Of a DNA stretch of 64,000 nucleotides, positions 33,837 through 45,814 are shown in pieces. The notes beneath the pieces are model-generated. The model saw only the letters and a list, made by a program, of their open reading frames with translations. It was not told the DNA's origin and searched no databases. The DNA lies in the NCBI RefSeq assembly GCF_000981445.1, contig NC_027218.1, positions 3,286,001 through 3,350,000 on the forward strand. The letters run 5' to 3'. Each line of letters begins with the position of its first letter. Within the stretch, counting starts at the first letter, position 1. Source of the DNA: Babesia bigemina (taxonomy: Eukaryota). The position numbers and the translations under genes were made by a program.

Positions 33837-36503
33837 CTAATGTCCAACAGCGCACAGTGACTCCGCCAGCCGCTGTACCGCTGAACTTGACGGCAGCGGC
33901 ACCACGCCGCTCACCGACCACACCGCAGCTGTGCGGCACAGGAGCGCTATGTCGCACGGCCGCAGTGACATCACCGCGGCGTCCAAACGCCAGCGTGGCC
34001 ACAACTCCCGGAACCTGTCTAGCAGCGTGCCGCGGCCACGAAGGTACAGCTCGAAGCACGCCTCGATCTCGGAGTCAGTGGAAACGTTGCCTAGCAACGA
34101 GTAGTGTTGGCGGCTTCTGCATGCCTGAAACACTAATAAGTTGGCACATGAGAAACACCTACCTCGCGCAAGCGACAGGGAAGCGACGACAGCGACTGGC
34201 ATGTGAACACGAATATGACGCTGCAGCTCCTTTGCCATTCCCACAGATCCCTAAAACGTTCCAGTTCTGAGCACAGCGCGTACAGGAGGCTCCTCATGTA
34301 GCCGCACGTCTCAGCAAGGCTGTCGGCGCCTTCTAACACGACCACGCAGCGCGGCACTGATCGGCGCGTGCTCGCCTTCCCTAGTGAATGGGCTGTCTCC
34401 GAATTCCCGGATAACAGACCACTGTCATGCTGACTGTTGACGCTATTAACATCCATGAATTGGCTGCTTAGCGACGAAAAGAAGCTGTGCACCAACTTTT
34501 CGCTCACGCCCACCTGGGGCCGTAGGAAATCCAAAACGCTAGACAATATCAACGTGCTACGCAGCTCGTGTGCCAGAGCGATCGACAGCAGCGTCTTTCC
34601 GCAGCCAGATGGGCCTTCGATAGTCACGAATGGTTGCGGTGTCTCGCAAGCCTCGTCGGGTGACAGGCAAGCAGATACGAAGTCCCTCAGATTGGCAAGT
34701 AACGGTTCACCCAAAACCATCGAGTCAAAACCTTGCCGCACACTTATGGCGCCGTTGTCGACGCGGAGTGGCGGGAAACCGGCAGATGCGCCAACAGTCT
34801 TCCCAGCGTTGTGAGGCAACACGCATAAACCGGGGAGACCCACCGACAGCGCCAACGGCGGGCGTATGGCCACAGCCTTCTCAAAGGCACGCGCCGTTAG
34901 CTGTATATCGGCGAATAACTTGTTGTCACGGCCACTAACTCCACGTCCACGATCCGAAATGGCAGTCAGGTATTCGCACGACGCCATGCGCACGATGGTG
35001 TCGAGGCACGACATCCCATAACCCGACGTCAGAGAAACGAGGTAGTTGAGCAGATGGTCTCGTTTCTCTCCAGCTGCTACGTTTAGGCTAGAGGTCAGGT
35101 AATGGGCGCGTCTAGAGTCTCTCTCTTCCACCGACCGAGCGAGGTCGACGCGGTGTTCAAAACACTGCAACCTGCCCAGCATGTATTCTGCTCCGTCAAT
35201 GTGCACATCTGGCGCTCCGAAGTTCTCTACCATCGCGTCTGATGACGGCGCATTGTCCGCTTCGGCCTCATAGCAGCAGAACACGTACACCGGCATGTTG
35301 TACGCGGACCACATGGAGCTGTAGTCCCGCAAAAGGTCCACCACCACAGACCAGTTGTTTACACTAACATCGTCGCCATTTGGTTCGCTAAACAGCTTGT
35401 TGGCCCCCTTCAGAAACAAAAAGCACCCGCAGTCTCCCAGCAGCTCCTCAGCTACGGATTCGCACGAGACGTGCTCGCCGCAGCCATGGGTCACCTGGTC
35501 CCCAAAATCACCGTACACGCTTTTATCATTACGGACGTTTACTGGTATTTTATGGCTCTTGTCACCCTTCTTTAGCTGCCGGGTGCAATAGTTCGGGGGA
35601 TCCGATAAACGGCCATCCTTGAAATCCCATAGGCTATTGCAGATTTCTTGGGAGCGCCTTTTCGAGACGTATGAGTCAACAGATGCACACAGAAGCCGGT
35701 GCTCGATGTTATGCTGCTGCGAGTTGTGTTCCAGAAAGGTCAAAATGTCAGCCAAATTGTTTGCGATGATGTTGTACAGAGCATTGCAGCGAGGCTGTGG
35801 CTCCAGGCCGCCGTCATCCATCCGAAGCATCCCGCACACGGCTTGGCATACTTGGCAGCAACAACATATATACCCGTGAGCACTGTAACAGCAGCCTTTG
35901 GGGAACCCAGATGTACTACTCTCGTAGAGGTCGACGGTGTAAATTCGACGGTTGCGGGTACCCCAGGGTTGTTTACCACGCAGCCAAAATGCATTGCTGC
36001 AAATGCGCGAACAGAAATCCCACGCCTCATGTTCATTTGCGCATGACACCCAAAATCCATGCCGCATCGTGTATGGCTCGTGGCCGTTATACATCTGTAG
36101 AAAGTAGCGTGCGATAGAAGTGTTGAGGGAGCTCAAGACATCAAGCTCGCCCACATCGTCGCTTAACGAAGCTCGCCAGTCGGATATCTTTCTAGATAGA
36201 CGGTCGACCATCGCCCGCCTGAAGTGGCTGTTTTTCACCTCGCCTATGCCACAAGTGTCTGATTACGCATGAGATTGCCGAAAACGTGGGTAACCTACCA
36301 GAAAGGTTCACCTTTGTGGCGCAGTCGCCTTCCACTGCTGCATCTGATAACCACCTGTAATATTGGCACTGTGAGCTACACGAGGCGTTATCCACGCCAG
36401 CGGCTTCGTGGTCGTCACGGCGTCCCGGAGGTTCGCTTCTCACCAGACGGAGCCTTTTAAAGCCGGAGAAGGCTAAAAGATGTGATTGGTCTGATAGAAA
36501 CAT
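33837..36503 (-). CDS. Divergent AAA+ ATPase-like protein (3 exons)
   Basis: Walker A IEGPSGCGKT, VGVSEKLV and Walker-B-like VVVLEGADSL. Predicted introns ~36245-36299 and ~34125-34162. Confidence 0.6.
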
Positions 36504-37198
36504 GGTGAATGGGCAATTTAAATTGGATACGGCGCAGTATTCAAGCAGCGTTCGCCATAACTAGGCGTCATTAGACAGGTGACGCATAATAATGGCAGCT
36601 GTACACATGGCTCTGAATACGCCACTTCCATGCGATGTGTATGTTTTTTGGTGGAAAAGACGTTGTTCAGTGGCTAATCACGGTCCGCCGCCGAGATGTG
36701 TGGTAGAAGGCGCGTAAAAGGCAACTCCACAGCACGATTCTTAGTGCCCTCGCATCAGTTACAGCTGTTACCACCATTTCAGGGGGTGTATGTAGTGGAT
36801 TTCAGTGATTAGTTTCCATTAAAATCACTTATGCCGGAGCGCGGCAGAAAGGAATAGACAACGGGCAACTCCTATCAAACGGCAGGACAATTGGATGTCT
36901 GATTGGTTCGATTCCACGCCATATGAAATCATAAATCATCGTGTTATAATAAACTTGCTCGGAAAGCCGCAGCACTATGCAACATAAAACGCCATCACGG
37001 AATCTGATGAAGAGTGTAACGGTAGTACCGATATTTATAGTAGTTGCGCTTTCGGCCTAAAGTATAGATAGAACAGCCCGTAGAACACTGCACGTATCTA
37101 ATCCGGTAGCAACAAAGGTGGAACCGCGGCTGGTTGTTGTGGCTCTTTGGCAAAATGTTATGCCTATGTCTAGCGACTAGCGCAGCCTACTAGCAGCA

Positions 37199-38311
37199 TC
37201 AGACGTAAACCTCAATCCAGTAGAAATATGACGTCTGAACAAGGCACGTAACAATCGCAGTTGTCACCTTGAGCACCGTGTCCTTTGCAGGGTCGGGAGA
37301 CGGCGGAAGGAATAAGCACACCGTTGCAGAAGTGGACGCGCAGAAGTACGCGTACGTCAGGTACTGCAAAAAGTATATCAAACCAGATAGAGACGGCATG
37401 TACACCCTAGCCACTGAAATCCACACGATCACCTTGCAAAAAATGGCCAGAGGGATACGCATGTACCCAGAAACCGAAAGCAAAGGCAAAAAGTTAGTGC
37501 GACCCTCACTACCGCAAACAAAAATCCTGCAAAGGTAAATCGCTACCGCCATCAAAAACGAACACGACCAGCAAATGACCATGAAGTAAAGTAGCATCGA
37601 CAGCGATAGGACGTTGCCGACGATGCCGTTGTAATACTGGTGCAAGGCGTAAATCTTAAAAAGCGACCCAGACATCATCACATTTATCCAAAACGGGGCA
37701 TACAAATCGGGGGCGTGCCACATGTTGCGCAAAGTCAAGAAGACGTGGTGGTTAGTGTCACAATATCCCTCCAACGCGCCCAAGCCGAAATTATCCGTCG
37801 TGTCACCACCATCAGCACTGATGAGCGCGCTTTTAACGTCCATCTCCCCCATAGGAATGCTTGGAATAGCGTTATCAGCCTGGAGAGGAGAGAGGAAGTC
37901 TTTTGGCGCCTCGTCGGCGGGGTCGCCCTGTGGATCCTGTCCTGTAATTGACACGTCGAGGGTCTCCTCGGGTAGCCAATGCATGATACCCATTCGGCAC
38001 ATGGCACTGCGATACATCGACCGCAACTCGAGCGATGCGAGCTCCAACACACGAACGCACGCAAAATTCAGACACATGTAAGAAATAAGGCATGCCTTGC
38101 AACGACGGTAGTACTCCGACTGCGACAAGTCAAACCACGGCTTCAACCACGTCACATAGCCTTCGTGGACGGCGCGCTTTCCGGACAGCTCAATATCCAC
38201 CATTGCGCCCTCAGGCGACGGTGACGACTGGATTGTCGGAGGCACGGACGGCACGCTCGAGGCGGCAGTCTCCGGGGCCGACTCGCTCGGCACAGGGCCA
38301 TCCATTGCCAT
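37199..38311 (-). CDS. Yip1-domain (YIPF1/2-like) Golgi membrane protein
   Basis: LKPWFDLSQSEYYRR and APDLYAPFWI followed by about five TM segments. Confidence 0.8.
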   Translation of the reverse strand: MAMDGPVPSESAPETAASSVPSVPPTIQSSPSPEGAMVDIELSGKRAVHEGYVTWLKPWFDLSQSEYYRRCKACLISYMCLNFACVRVLELASLELRSMYRSAMCRMGIMHWLPEETLDVSITGQDPQGDPADEAPKDFLSPLQADNAIPSIPMGEMDVKSALISADGGDTTDNFGLGALEGYCDTNHHVFLTLRNMWHAPDLYAPFWINVMMSGSLFKIYALHQYYNGIVGNVLSLSMLLYFMVICWSCSFLMAVAIYLCRIFVCGSEGRTNFLPLLSVSGYMRIPLAIFCKVIVWISVARVYMPSLSGLIYFLQYLTYAYFCASTSATVCLFLPPSPDPAKDTVLKVTTAIVTCLVQTSYFYWIEVYV

Positions 38312-38928
38312 CCCCTATATAAATATGCCCTATAGTACCGGTGCGAACGGGTCAAAGTGTTAACGCCGTCACCAGGCACCGTGCCGAGTGCCACGTCCCT
38401 AATCCGCTTTCAGGCGAAGCGGCGCGAACTACACACCAGCCTGTATATGCAATACATATACTCTAACATCTGGAAATGGTGGAGGCGAGATGTGCAGGGA
38501 GCCTGAGCTGCAGATACCTAGGCGTGGATCACGGTAAGTGCGGCGCCAATACACCGCGCGACTTTTTTCGAGGGTGAGCCATCTACACATGTCTAACACT
38601 CCGACGAGCATCGCGAGGCCAGAACAGGTGTATATATAGTTCCCTGCATTAGGTTTGCGCGGCCGTTGTTTCAGACGGGAGACTCGCTCTACCAAAAACG
38701 ACACCGCCAGCGGCGCTGCCAACGTGTAGAGGCTAGCACGCCTACACATACGGTTCCGCACGGGTTGTTACCAACCTGGGAGGGTTCAGTGGCAATGTAG
38801 CGCACCCATAACGCCAAGGAAATGCGGAGACGTGGCGGAAGGACGAACCAAGCGACGATTTACGCGCTGGGATAATTCACGCACGCAGCCGAAACAGAAT
38901 CGCAGGAAAGTCGCCGACAGCGGACGAA

Positions 38929-41900
38929 ATGGCGACTGTGCATGTTGCCAAGCGCAGATGCACGCAGAGCTCGCGCAAAAAGCTATTGCAAGCGACCAAG
39001 GAGGTATGCCAGAAGAGGCTCTCGGAACTTACAGACGATGAGCTCGGCGGATACCTGCAAACCTTGGGCTGGCCTAAGACATTGGCGCCCGCAGTGGAGG
39101 CGTATGAGGCGCAGGGAAGCTTTATAATATGGCTTCTGAATCGCATGCTCACGCAGCTGAAGAAGTGGATGACGCTGCAGGCGAGCGGAAAGTTAGGCAC
39201 TGGCAACAATGCGGAGCAGTCCGATGGAGCATATGGTGACGCAGGTGAAGGGGGTAGTGCGAAAATCGGCATACCTTCAATTTTTAGGCCCATGGAGACG
39301 AAACTCGTGGCGTACCTGGTCTCCCACACCAGCAACATAAACGCGCTATACGCCCATTCGCATGTGCTTCTCAAAATGGCGATGTTTCACAATACGTGGG
39401 GACAAGTGCCTATGGATGAGCTGGCGTTGCGCGATTTTGAGAATCCATACCTGAAATTGATCGAGGCGCCAAATGCCGAGGAGGCACTAGCAAGATACAA
39501 GGAGGCGCTGGAGGCGGTCAACGACCTACTGCGCGCTACATACTACCATATTCCTCCCCAAGATGACGTTGCCAGGACAAACAACAGGATACATATGTCG
39601 AGCAATCTAAACGACGTGGCCGACCGGATACTGGACGATGTGAACATGTTTGTGCGCTGGAATCACGCTTTCCAGAGCTTCAAACCAGCAACTGCGAACA
39701 AAAAAGTTGTGAAGCTCGTTGCGCAGATCACATGTGCTCTGGCAGAGCACCTTGGGATTCTCTCTGAAATCATGCGCGAGCTAATGGAGGCGAGCTCAAA
39801 TGCCAAACATGCCTACCACTGCGCGGCACAGACGTTGATGGCTCACGTACTGCTCGTATGTGCCGAAATGGATGATTTCAAGATACAGGCAAAGCTACTC
39901 TTCAGAAGGACGGCCAATGCTGCCAAGGACTCCACTGGCGATAAATTCGACCAGCGCATCAACACCGCCAGGCGCAGACTAACACGCATGCTGACGTTTA
40001 CCTTGACAAGCAAGTTCATACCGGGGCTCAAGGAAATGTTGAAATCTAAGGAATACGAAGACCTCTTTGACATGGAACAACTCGGGAACATGGACCTGGA
40101 GGACTCCGCAGTAACATACAACCGGCGCTTCCTGCTCAACATTGTCTCCACGATCCACCGTGCGGAGGGTCAAGAGGAGGCACTTCAGCAGGCTAGGGGA
40201 CTGTGTATCGTGCTTGTAGAGTTGCTTAGTATCGCAATTGAGGGAATTTCGTCACAAACGCCGGAGGCTCAGGACCCCACCTATTACGGAGTGATGATGT
40301 TCGCCGTCATACTCCCCCTTATCATGAGACTGGTGGAAGCTGTAGTGGGGAAAGTGGAAAAGCAGCCGGAATCGTATGTCCCATATGCGGCCGTGGTGGA
40401 CGTCGCACGAGCATTCTACGAGGCCCTCAACCTTGCTAATAACAAACAGATCCTGGTGTACTCGGGGGAGCGTGCCGAGTTAGTCGCCAAAATCAACTCG
40501 CAGGCCACCGTATTCGTGCTTAAAACGCTAGAGTCGTGCTACGGGAGTATCGAAAACAATCGCAAGCGGAAGGCGCTGATGGATAGTGTGCAGAGCGACG
40601 AAAATGTCATGAAGTTGCTCATCAAGAAGGCTCACGCTGAGCAACACGAGAATGCCAATGCAACAGCAGTTGCGCAAATCATGCCGATCATGTGGGATGC
40701 GCTTCTGCTGCTTGTGTCGCTTAGCCTGGAGCATGCTGATGAAAACATACGGCAGATTCTGAAACTACTCAACCAGGACTACGCCTTCCATAACAGCTCC
40801 TACGAGGAACACGCTTTCAAGATACTTATTAAGCCGCAATTATCGTTAAGCAATGTCGACAGTCACCGGAAGAGCCATGTGTTCGCCGCCAACCTTATTT
40901 CGATGTACTCCCACGCGAACGACATGGCGGCACTGCTGGATCACATGGGGGAGTTCGTTGAGCAAATAGAACAACCGGGTGCGGCGTGCCCTTTTATGCT
41001 GCACCCGCCGGCAATGCAGGCCTTCAACAACAGCAGCAAGGAGTCGTCCAGCTTGCAGATTCCCATCATCATAAAGCAATTTGCAGAGTGGCTCAAAAAA
41101 GACCGCGTGCGACATTTCATGCAATATCCGCTCATGGCATACCTAAGGGGGATAGAACTGTCTGCAACGCTGGTGATGCGAACGGCGGACGCCTTTGAAG
41201 AGCTCATCCGAATCGCGCCAGTTAAGCATGACCCAGAGGGGGTACTCATGGCCGTCCAGTTCATCATTATCATACGGAAAATCGTATCGTGGTCAACAAT
41301 GGACGACTCAACCAACAGGTGGGATACATACCTCAACAATATCTACGTGTATGTTGGACAACTTGCGGAGGCGGCTGGCAAGAACTGCTCGATTGCCATA
41401 TGGACGGCAATGTTCTGGTTCGCGTACCACTTCACCCTCATCATACGCGATCAACCACACGTATACGGGCATATGCAACACGGAATTAACCGCGTGATTC
41501 GCAGGCTGCGCAAAATAGCGCGGGCAAACTCCGATGATCAGTCGTTTGTGGAGGATGCTAATGCACTCATTGTGGCCAATGCAAACGTATTCGACAATGA
41601 AGACGAGTATAATGCCCTAATAAAGACAGTTTGCAACGCATTGATGTGCTTCAAGAAAGATGCTCGAGTATTGGATAACCTCAAGGGGACCTTGGACGTA
41701 CTAGCAACAGGTCAAAAGTTGATCAACGAAATTGCAGACATCAACTTCCTCACCAACTTGGTAGAGATTTTGACTGGCGCTGACAGCGGTGTGGATCTAA
41801 AGATTGGAGCTGCCAGGATGTTGATGCAGGTGCTGCAGTATTCCCCGCCACTTTTCCAGCATGAGGCTTTCGAGCAACTATTTTATGCTCTACCCGTGGC

Positions 41901-44027
41901 AGCGCAGCAGGCTGTTGTTAGTGCTGGGGTGCGTCAGGAAGACGTTATGGAGTTTGTTAAGGAGCTATTGGCCACTGTCAACTTCATACTGAGGCGTGAA
42001 GAGCAGCTAGGAGGGCGAAGGTGCTCCATACTCACGTTGAGCGATTATCTCAGCATATTAGACACCTCGGCAGGAAACAGTGAGCTTACAGATTGTGGAG
42101 TGAGACATTCAAAAGGGGTTATGCACGCTCTGTGCTCGGTGAAACAGGCTTTGAACCTCAATACTTCCGTTCAGTTAAGACTGTCCCTTGCAATATTGCA
42201 GCAAATCGCATCTGTTCATACTTTCATCATGGCAAAAATAGCCGATGAGGGGTTCATGGACATCGTGGGTTTGAAGACGGGTGGTTGCGACGTGCAGACA
42301 CTAATCGAAAGGGTATTAAACGTAGTTGTCCCCGCAATGATGGGGGCCAGTGAAAAGCGGGAACCGGATGCTGCGAATGACGCAACCACTGTATCACGTG
42401 AAGATGTCCGCAGCGACGAGTTGGTGGATTCGGTATTGCTCGCGTATATAAATAAGACCTGGCGATCTGAAAAGGGGGCAATTGGTAATGCTAAAATCAC
42501 ACGGATACAATACCACAGGCAATTAAGTGACATTTTGCACGATGTGGGTAACGCACTGGAGGCGGATAGTTCAACAAATGAAGTTCATATATTGTACTTA
42601 GCAAGCGTGCTCTACAGTGTGGCCTCAAGCGCTCAGGATAACGAGCACGGAGCTGCGCTGGAACAGGTAGCCAACATTCGGAACAAGGCGAAGTCAATAC
42701 ACCATATCGCACCTGATGTGATAGAGGCCATGTACGAGGCGGTGCTAGAAGTACTGTATCGTTGCGTCCCTACAACAACCGAGACGCAGATTCATTCGCA
42801 TGCAGTTCACGCACTCACCCTCACAGCGTATATGCAGCACGCTATATGCTTCAAGCGGCAACGGGCACTAGGATTCGGGGGTACACAACTGGAAATATAC
42901 AAGGCGCTATCTGGTTGCCAAGTGGATAAGGTAGCTGAAATCGTGCAGGCTATCCACGATCACGCCGATCCCAAGCAGTTGTGGATAGCATTCACCAAGC
43001 AACTGGAGAGGGTTACTCAAGAGGCGGATGAGCAGCCTGCGCCATATGACTGGCGTTACAGAGCAGCGATGCTGGAGGTCATGGTCATGTTCGCGGACAA
43101 GAGCCACCTAAAGGCACTCTACAGCTTGAAGGGGGCAGGCAGAAAGAAAATACTTGCCACTTGCAACGTATTGTTGTGTTTGAATGCCAAACAAATCGAA
43201 AATGTCGATCCCATGTTGGCAGCACAAGAAGACACAGAGACCATGCACTGGGTGGTGCTGAACTACCTGCTCAACACTGCAGTATCCATCAAGTTATTCG
43301 TATTCACGCGTTTCCAAGGTAATGTTCATGATCACTTTTAATGGCAAACAACATGCAGTCAATAAGCAGATGCAGGAGACGCAGGCCACCATTGCCCAAC
43401 ACCTGCTCGAACTCGCTAGGCTTGGCATAGACTTGCTGAAGAAGTGCAAGCAACACGGATTGTCACGCGAGTTATTTGAACAAATCGCAACCAACGTATA
43501 CCTGGCGCTGTACAACTGCATCAGAATTGGTAGGACGCGCCAACAGTCATTCACATAGAACGCAGCCGAGGGCATGAGCAACGCGCAAATCGCAAAACTC
43601 GTGAGGCCGTGGGTCAGACGCGTGCACGTGGTGACATACATCATAACACGCTTCGTCGAACTGATGGAAACGCACGACGCCGACATGTTTGCATACGTCG
43701 CGCGGTGGATGAGCATCATCTCAAATGAGCAGCTCGTCGACGCGACGAAGTGGTACATACCGCACATGGTCACAGCAATAGTAAAGGCGTGGCACAGAGT
43801 GAGCAAGGACCTCTCAACGAACAAAACGCGGCGGGGTAAGCCTATACAGAATGTATACACATGCCCATTCAGAGGACGTCCTCAGAAGCAACAAAATACT
43901 CAGAAGCTGCATTATAGAAACAATGGGTGCGTGTGACGACAACGCCGTCAAAACGCTCTTCCTGCTGTTATCGCAGGATCTGCGCCTGTTCGTTAAGGAA
44001 AGCACCAGAATTTTCAACCGTAACTAA
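38929..44027 (+). CDS. Large helical protein, Urb2/Npa2-like ribosome-biogenesis factor
   Basis: ~1460-aa first exon plus three short introns (~43319, ~43530, ~43836). The final exon LRSCIIETMGACDDNAVKTLFLLLSQDLRLFVKESTRIFNRN* resembles the Urb2 C-terminal pattern. Gene is well supported; family call is tentative. Confidence 0.5.
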
Positions 44028-44757
44028 TGCTGGCCACGCTCTTGCTGCTGAACTGGGGTTAGCTAAAGCTGCCGAAAGCCTACCTGATGTACATAAACGG
44101 GTGGTGAACCTTGCCGTCGACTTCTACGTCGCTTAACAGCATATTCGAACTTCGGTCGAAAAAGACCACCGAGCCTCGGCAACGCACGGCGGGAACGACG
44201 CCAGAAAGGCGCAGACAGACCACAACCTCGCGGTTCGTTTTCAGAGCGTCGCGTAGGAACTTGTAGCATGCATTACGAGTCGACGTGTAACCAGTAAGAC
44301 GGAGCTCAAGCATATGCTTGACGGCTTCCGCCTCACACTTGGCACGTGACACGAATTTCTGTAAGCCTGCAAATCAGATGTTCGCCTGATAAAATAAACT
44401 GCTACTCACTTGCTTTCAGCTGGGTTCCGGTCTTGGGGTGCTGAGAACGAACGCCAGAAGCAGCGGAATCCGCGAATTCGCTCGACGGCTGGGCACTCCA
44501 CGGTAGCAAGAAGGACGCATGCGGCAGCCGACCAACGGCAAGCCGGGAGTCCCTCAACCCTAGTACTGCTTTATGCAGTTTCTACACATAGGATACCACA
44601 AACTACAGGTCGCACGTACCTCGTCAGACACACTGGACAAAAGGCTCAGGTAGAATCTGTCACGCGAAGGGTCAAATGGCAAGTTCTCGTTCTCATCCAC
44701 CAGGGATTCCGGGTCGAACGTTGCGCTCAAGATGTTGAAACGCTCATAGGCGTCCAT
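44014..44757 (-). CDS. LSM11-like Sm-fold protein (4 exons)
   Basis: N-terminus ERFNILSATFDPESLV, Sm1 YKFLRDALKTNREVVVCLR...CRGSVVFFDRSSNMLLSDVEV and Sm2-spaced MYISSKSVASISYG*. Three GT-AG introns keep the frame open. Confidence 0.68.
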
Positions 44758-45814
44758 CGCAGGGCTACATGGCCGCGGTATCACGCTGCGATGGTCGTGT
44801 TGCCTGTAAGCAATCGAAGGCAATGTGTACACTGAGAGAGGTTTTGGTTGTATACCAATTTATATTGTGCCATAAATGGGAGCTAATGTAACCCATTGGG
44901 TTAAAATGACCATAATATGGGCACTTCCGTGGAGTGTTCGCCTACACATCACGTCACCGCGTAAGAGTCCTAGTCCCGGTGGAATCTTTCAAATATTTTT
45001 TTGGAATCTGTAGAATATATTCTAATATAGTATATGTGTACGCAGTGCATTCGCTCATGCTTGTTTAATATGCTAGTCAATTATGATAATCAATGACGCG
45101 GTTCATAATCGCAATACATTTTATATTGCACGCTTATAGCGTTGTTAGCACCACGTATAATGTTATATCATTGCGTACATTTCGCTTAACTGGCTGTTTG
45201 AGAGCTAGTCTACCCGTGCCCTCACAGCCGGGTACACTGATGGCTGGATGAAATACAACCCAAATATATAGAGCGCAATATATTAGTGGTGTAGGAGATG
45301 TACGTTGATCTATAGTAAAATAAATGTCAAAATTACGTCGGCCGGAATGCCTAATTATATCAGCTATAGATCCGGATACTGCGTCTCATGAATTGCCACA
45401 CCTGTACATGGCAAAGATTGCCATATTTCGGCCCAAAAGGGAGCGTAATGACGAGCTAAAGATCATATTTGCTGTCTGTAGTTTTGCCGATAACGTAGAT
45501 GTGGCACGGTTGTAATATTAACTCCGCTTGAATAGCAGCGGTAGACATAATAACTAGAACTCAGCGAACAGCTAGATCTACCATAACTTGCAAGGTTATT
45601 CATAACCTGCATCGATGCAAATTTAACAAGGTTATAGTATAAGACAATACAAACAATTCGGGAATACGACGGATCCGCCTGAGCCCTATGACGAGCTAGA
45701 AGATTCTGGTTATAACTGCACCCCACGCTAAAGTGACTTTTATAAAGCTTAGTAAGTGTGCCACCAGTCTGCATTGACGCGATTTATGCCCCGCAATATA
45801 GCAATAACTGCATC

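Noticed and set aside
36905..36915. GGTTCGATTCC, a perfect Pol III B-box / tRNA T-loop motif
   Set aside because: The T-stem is only 3 bp, with no A-box, anticodon arm or acceptor pairing. A single hit in 64 kb is compatible with chance.
37004..37060. CTGATGA, a hammerhead-core or snoRNA box-C-like motif
   Set aside because: No matching GAAA with stem II, and no paired box D with terminal stem.
43927..44136. Extra terminal exon for the Urb2-like gene
   Set aside because: The unspliced frame ending at 44027 gives the better family-like C-terminus; this ORF is antisense to the LSM11-like Sm domain.
44830..45760. AT-rich ~0.9-kb gap as a possible centromere or insertion
   Set aside because: Short and only moderately AT-rich; adequately explained as the divergent promoter and UTR region of the LSM11-like and WDR44-like genes.
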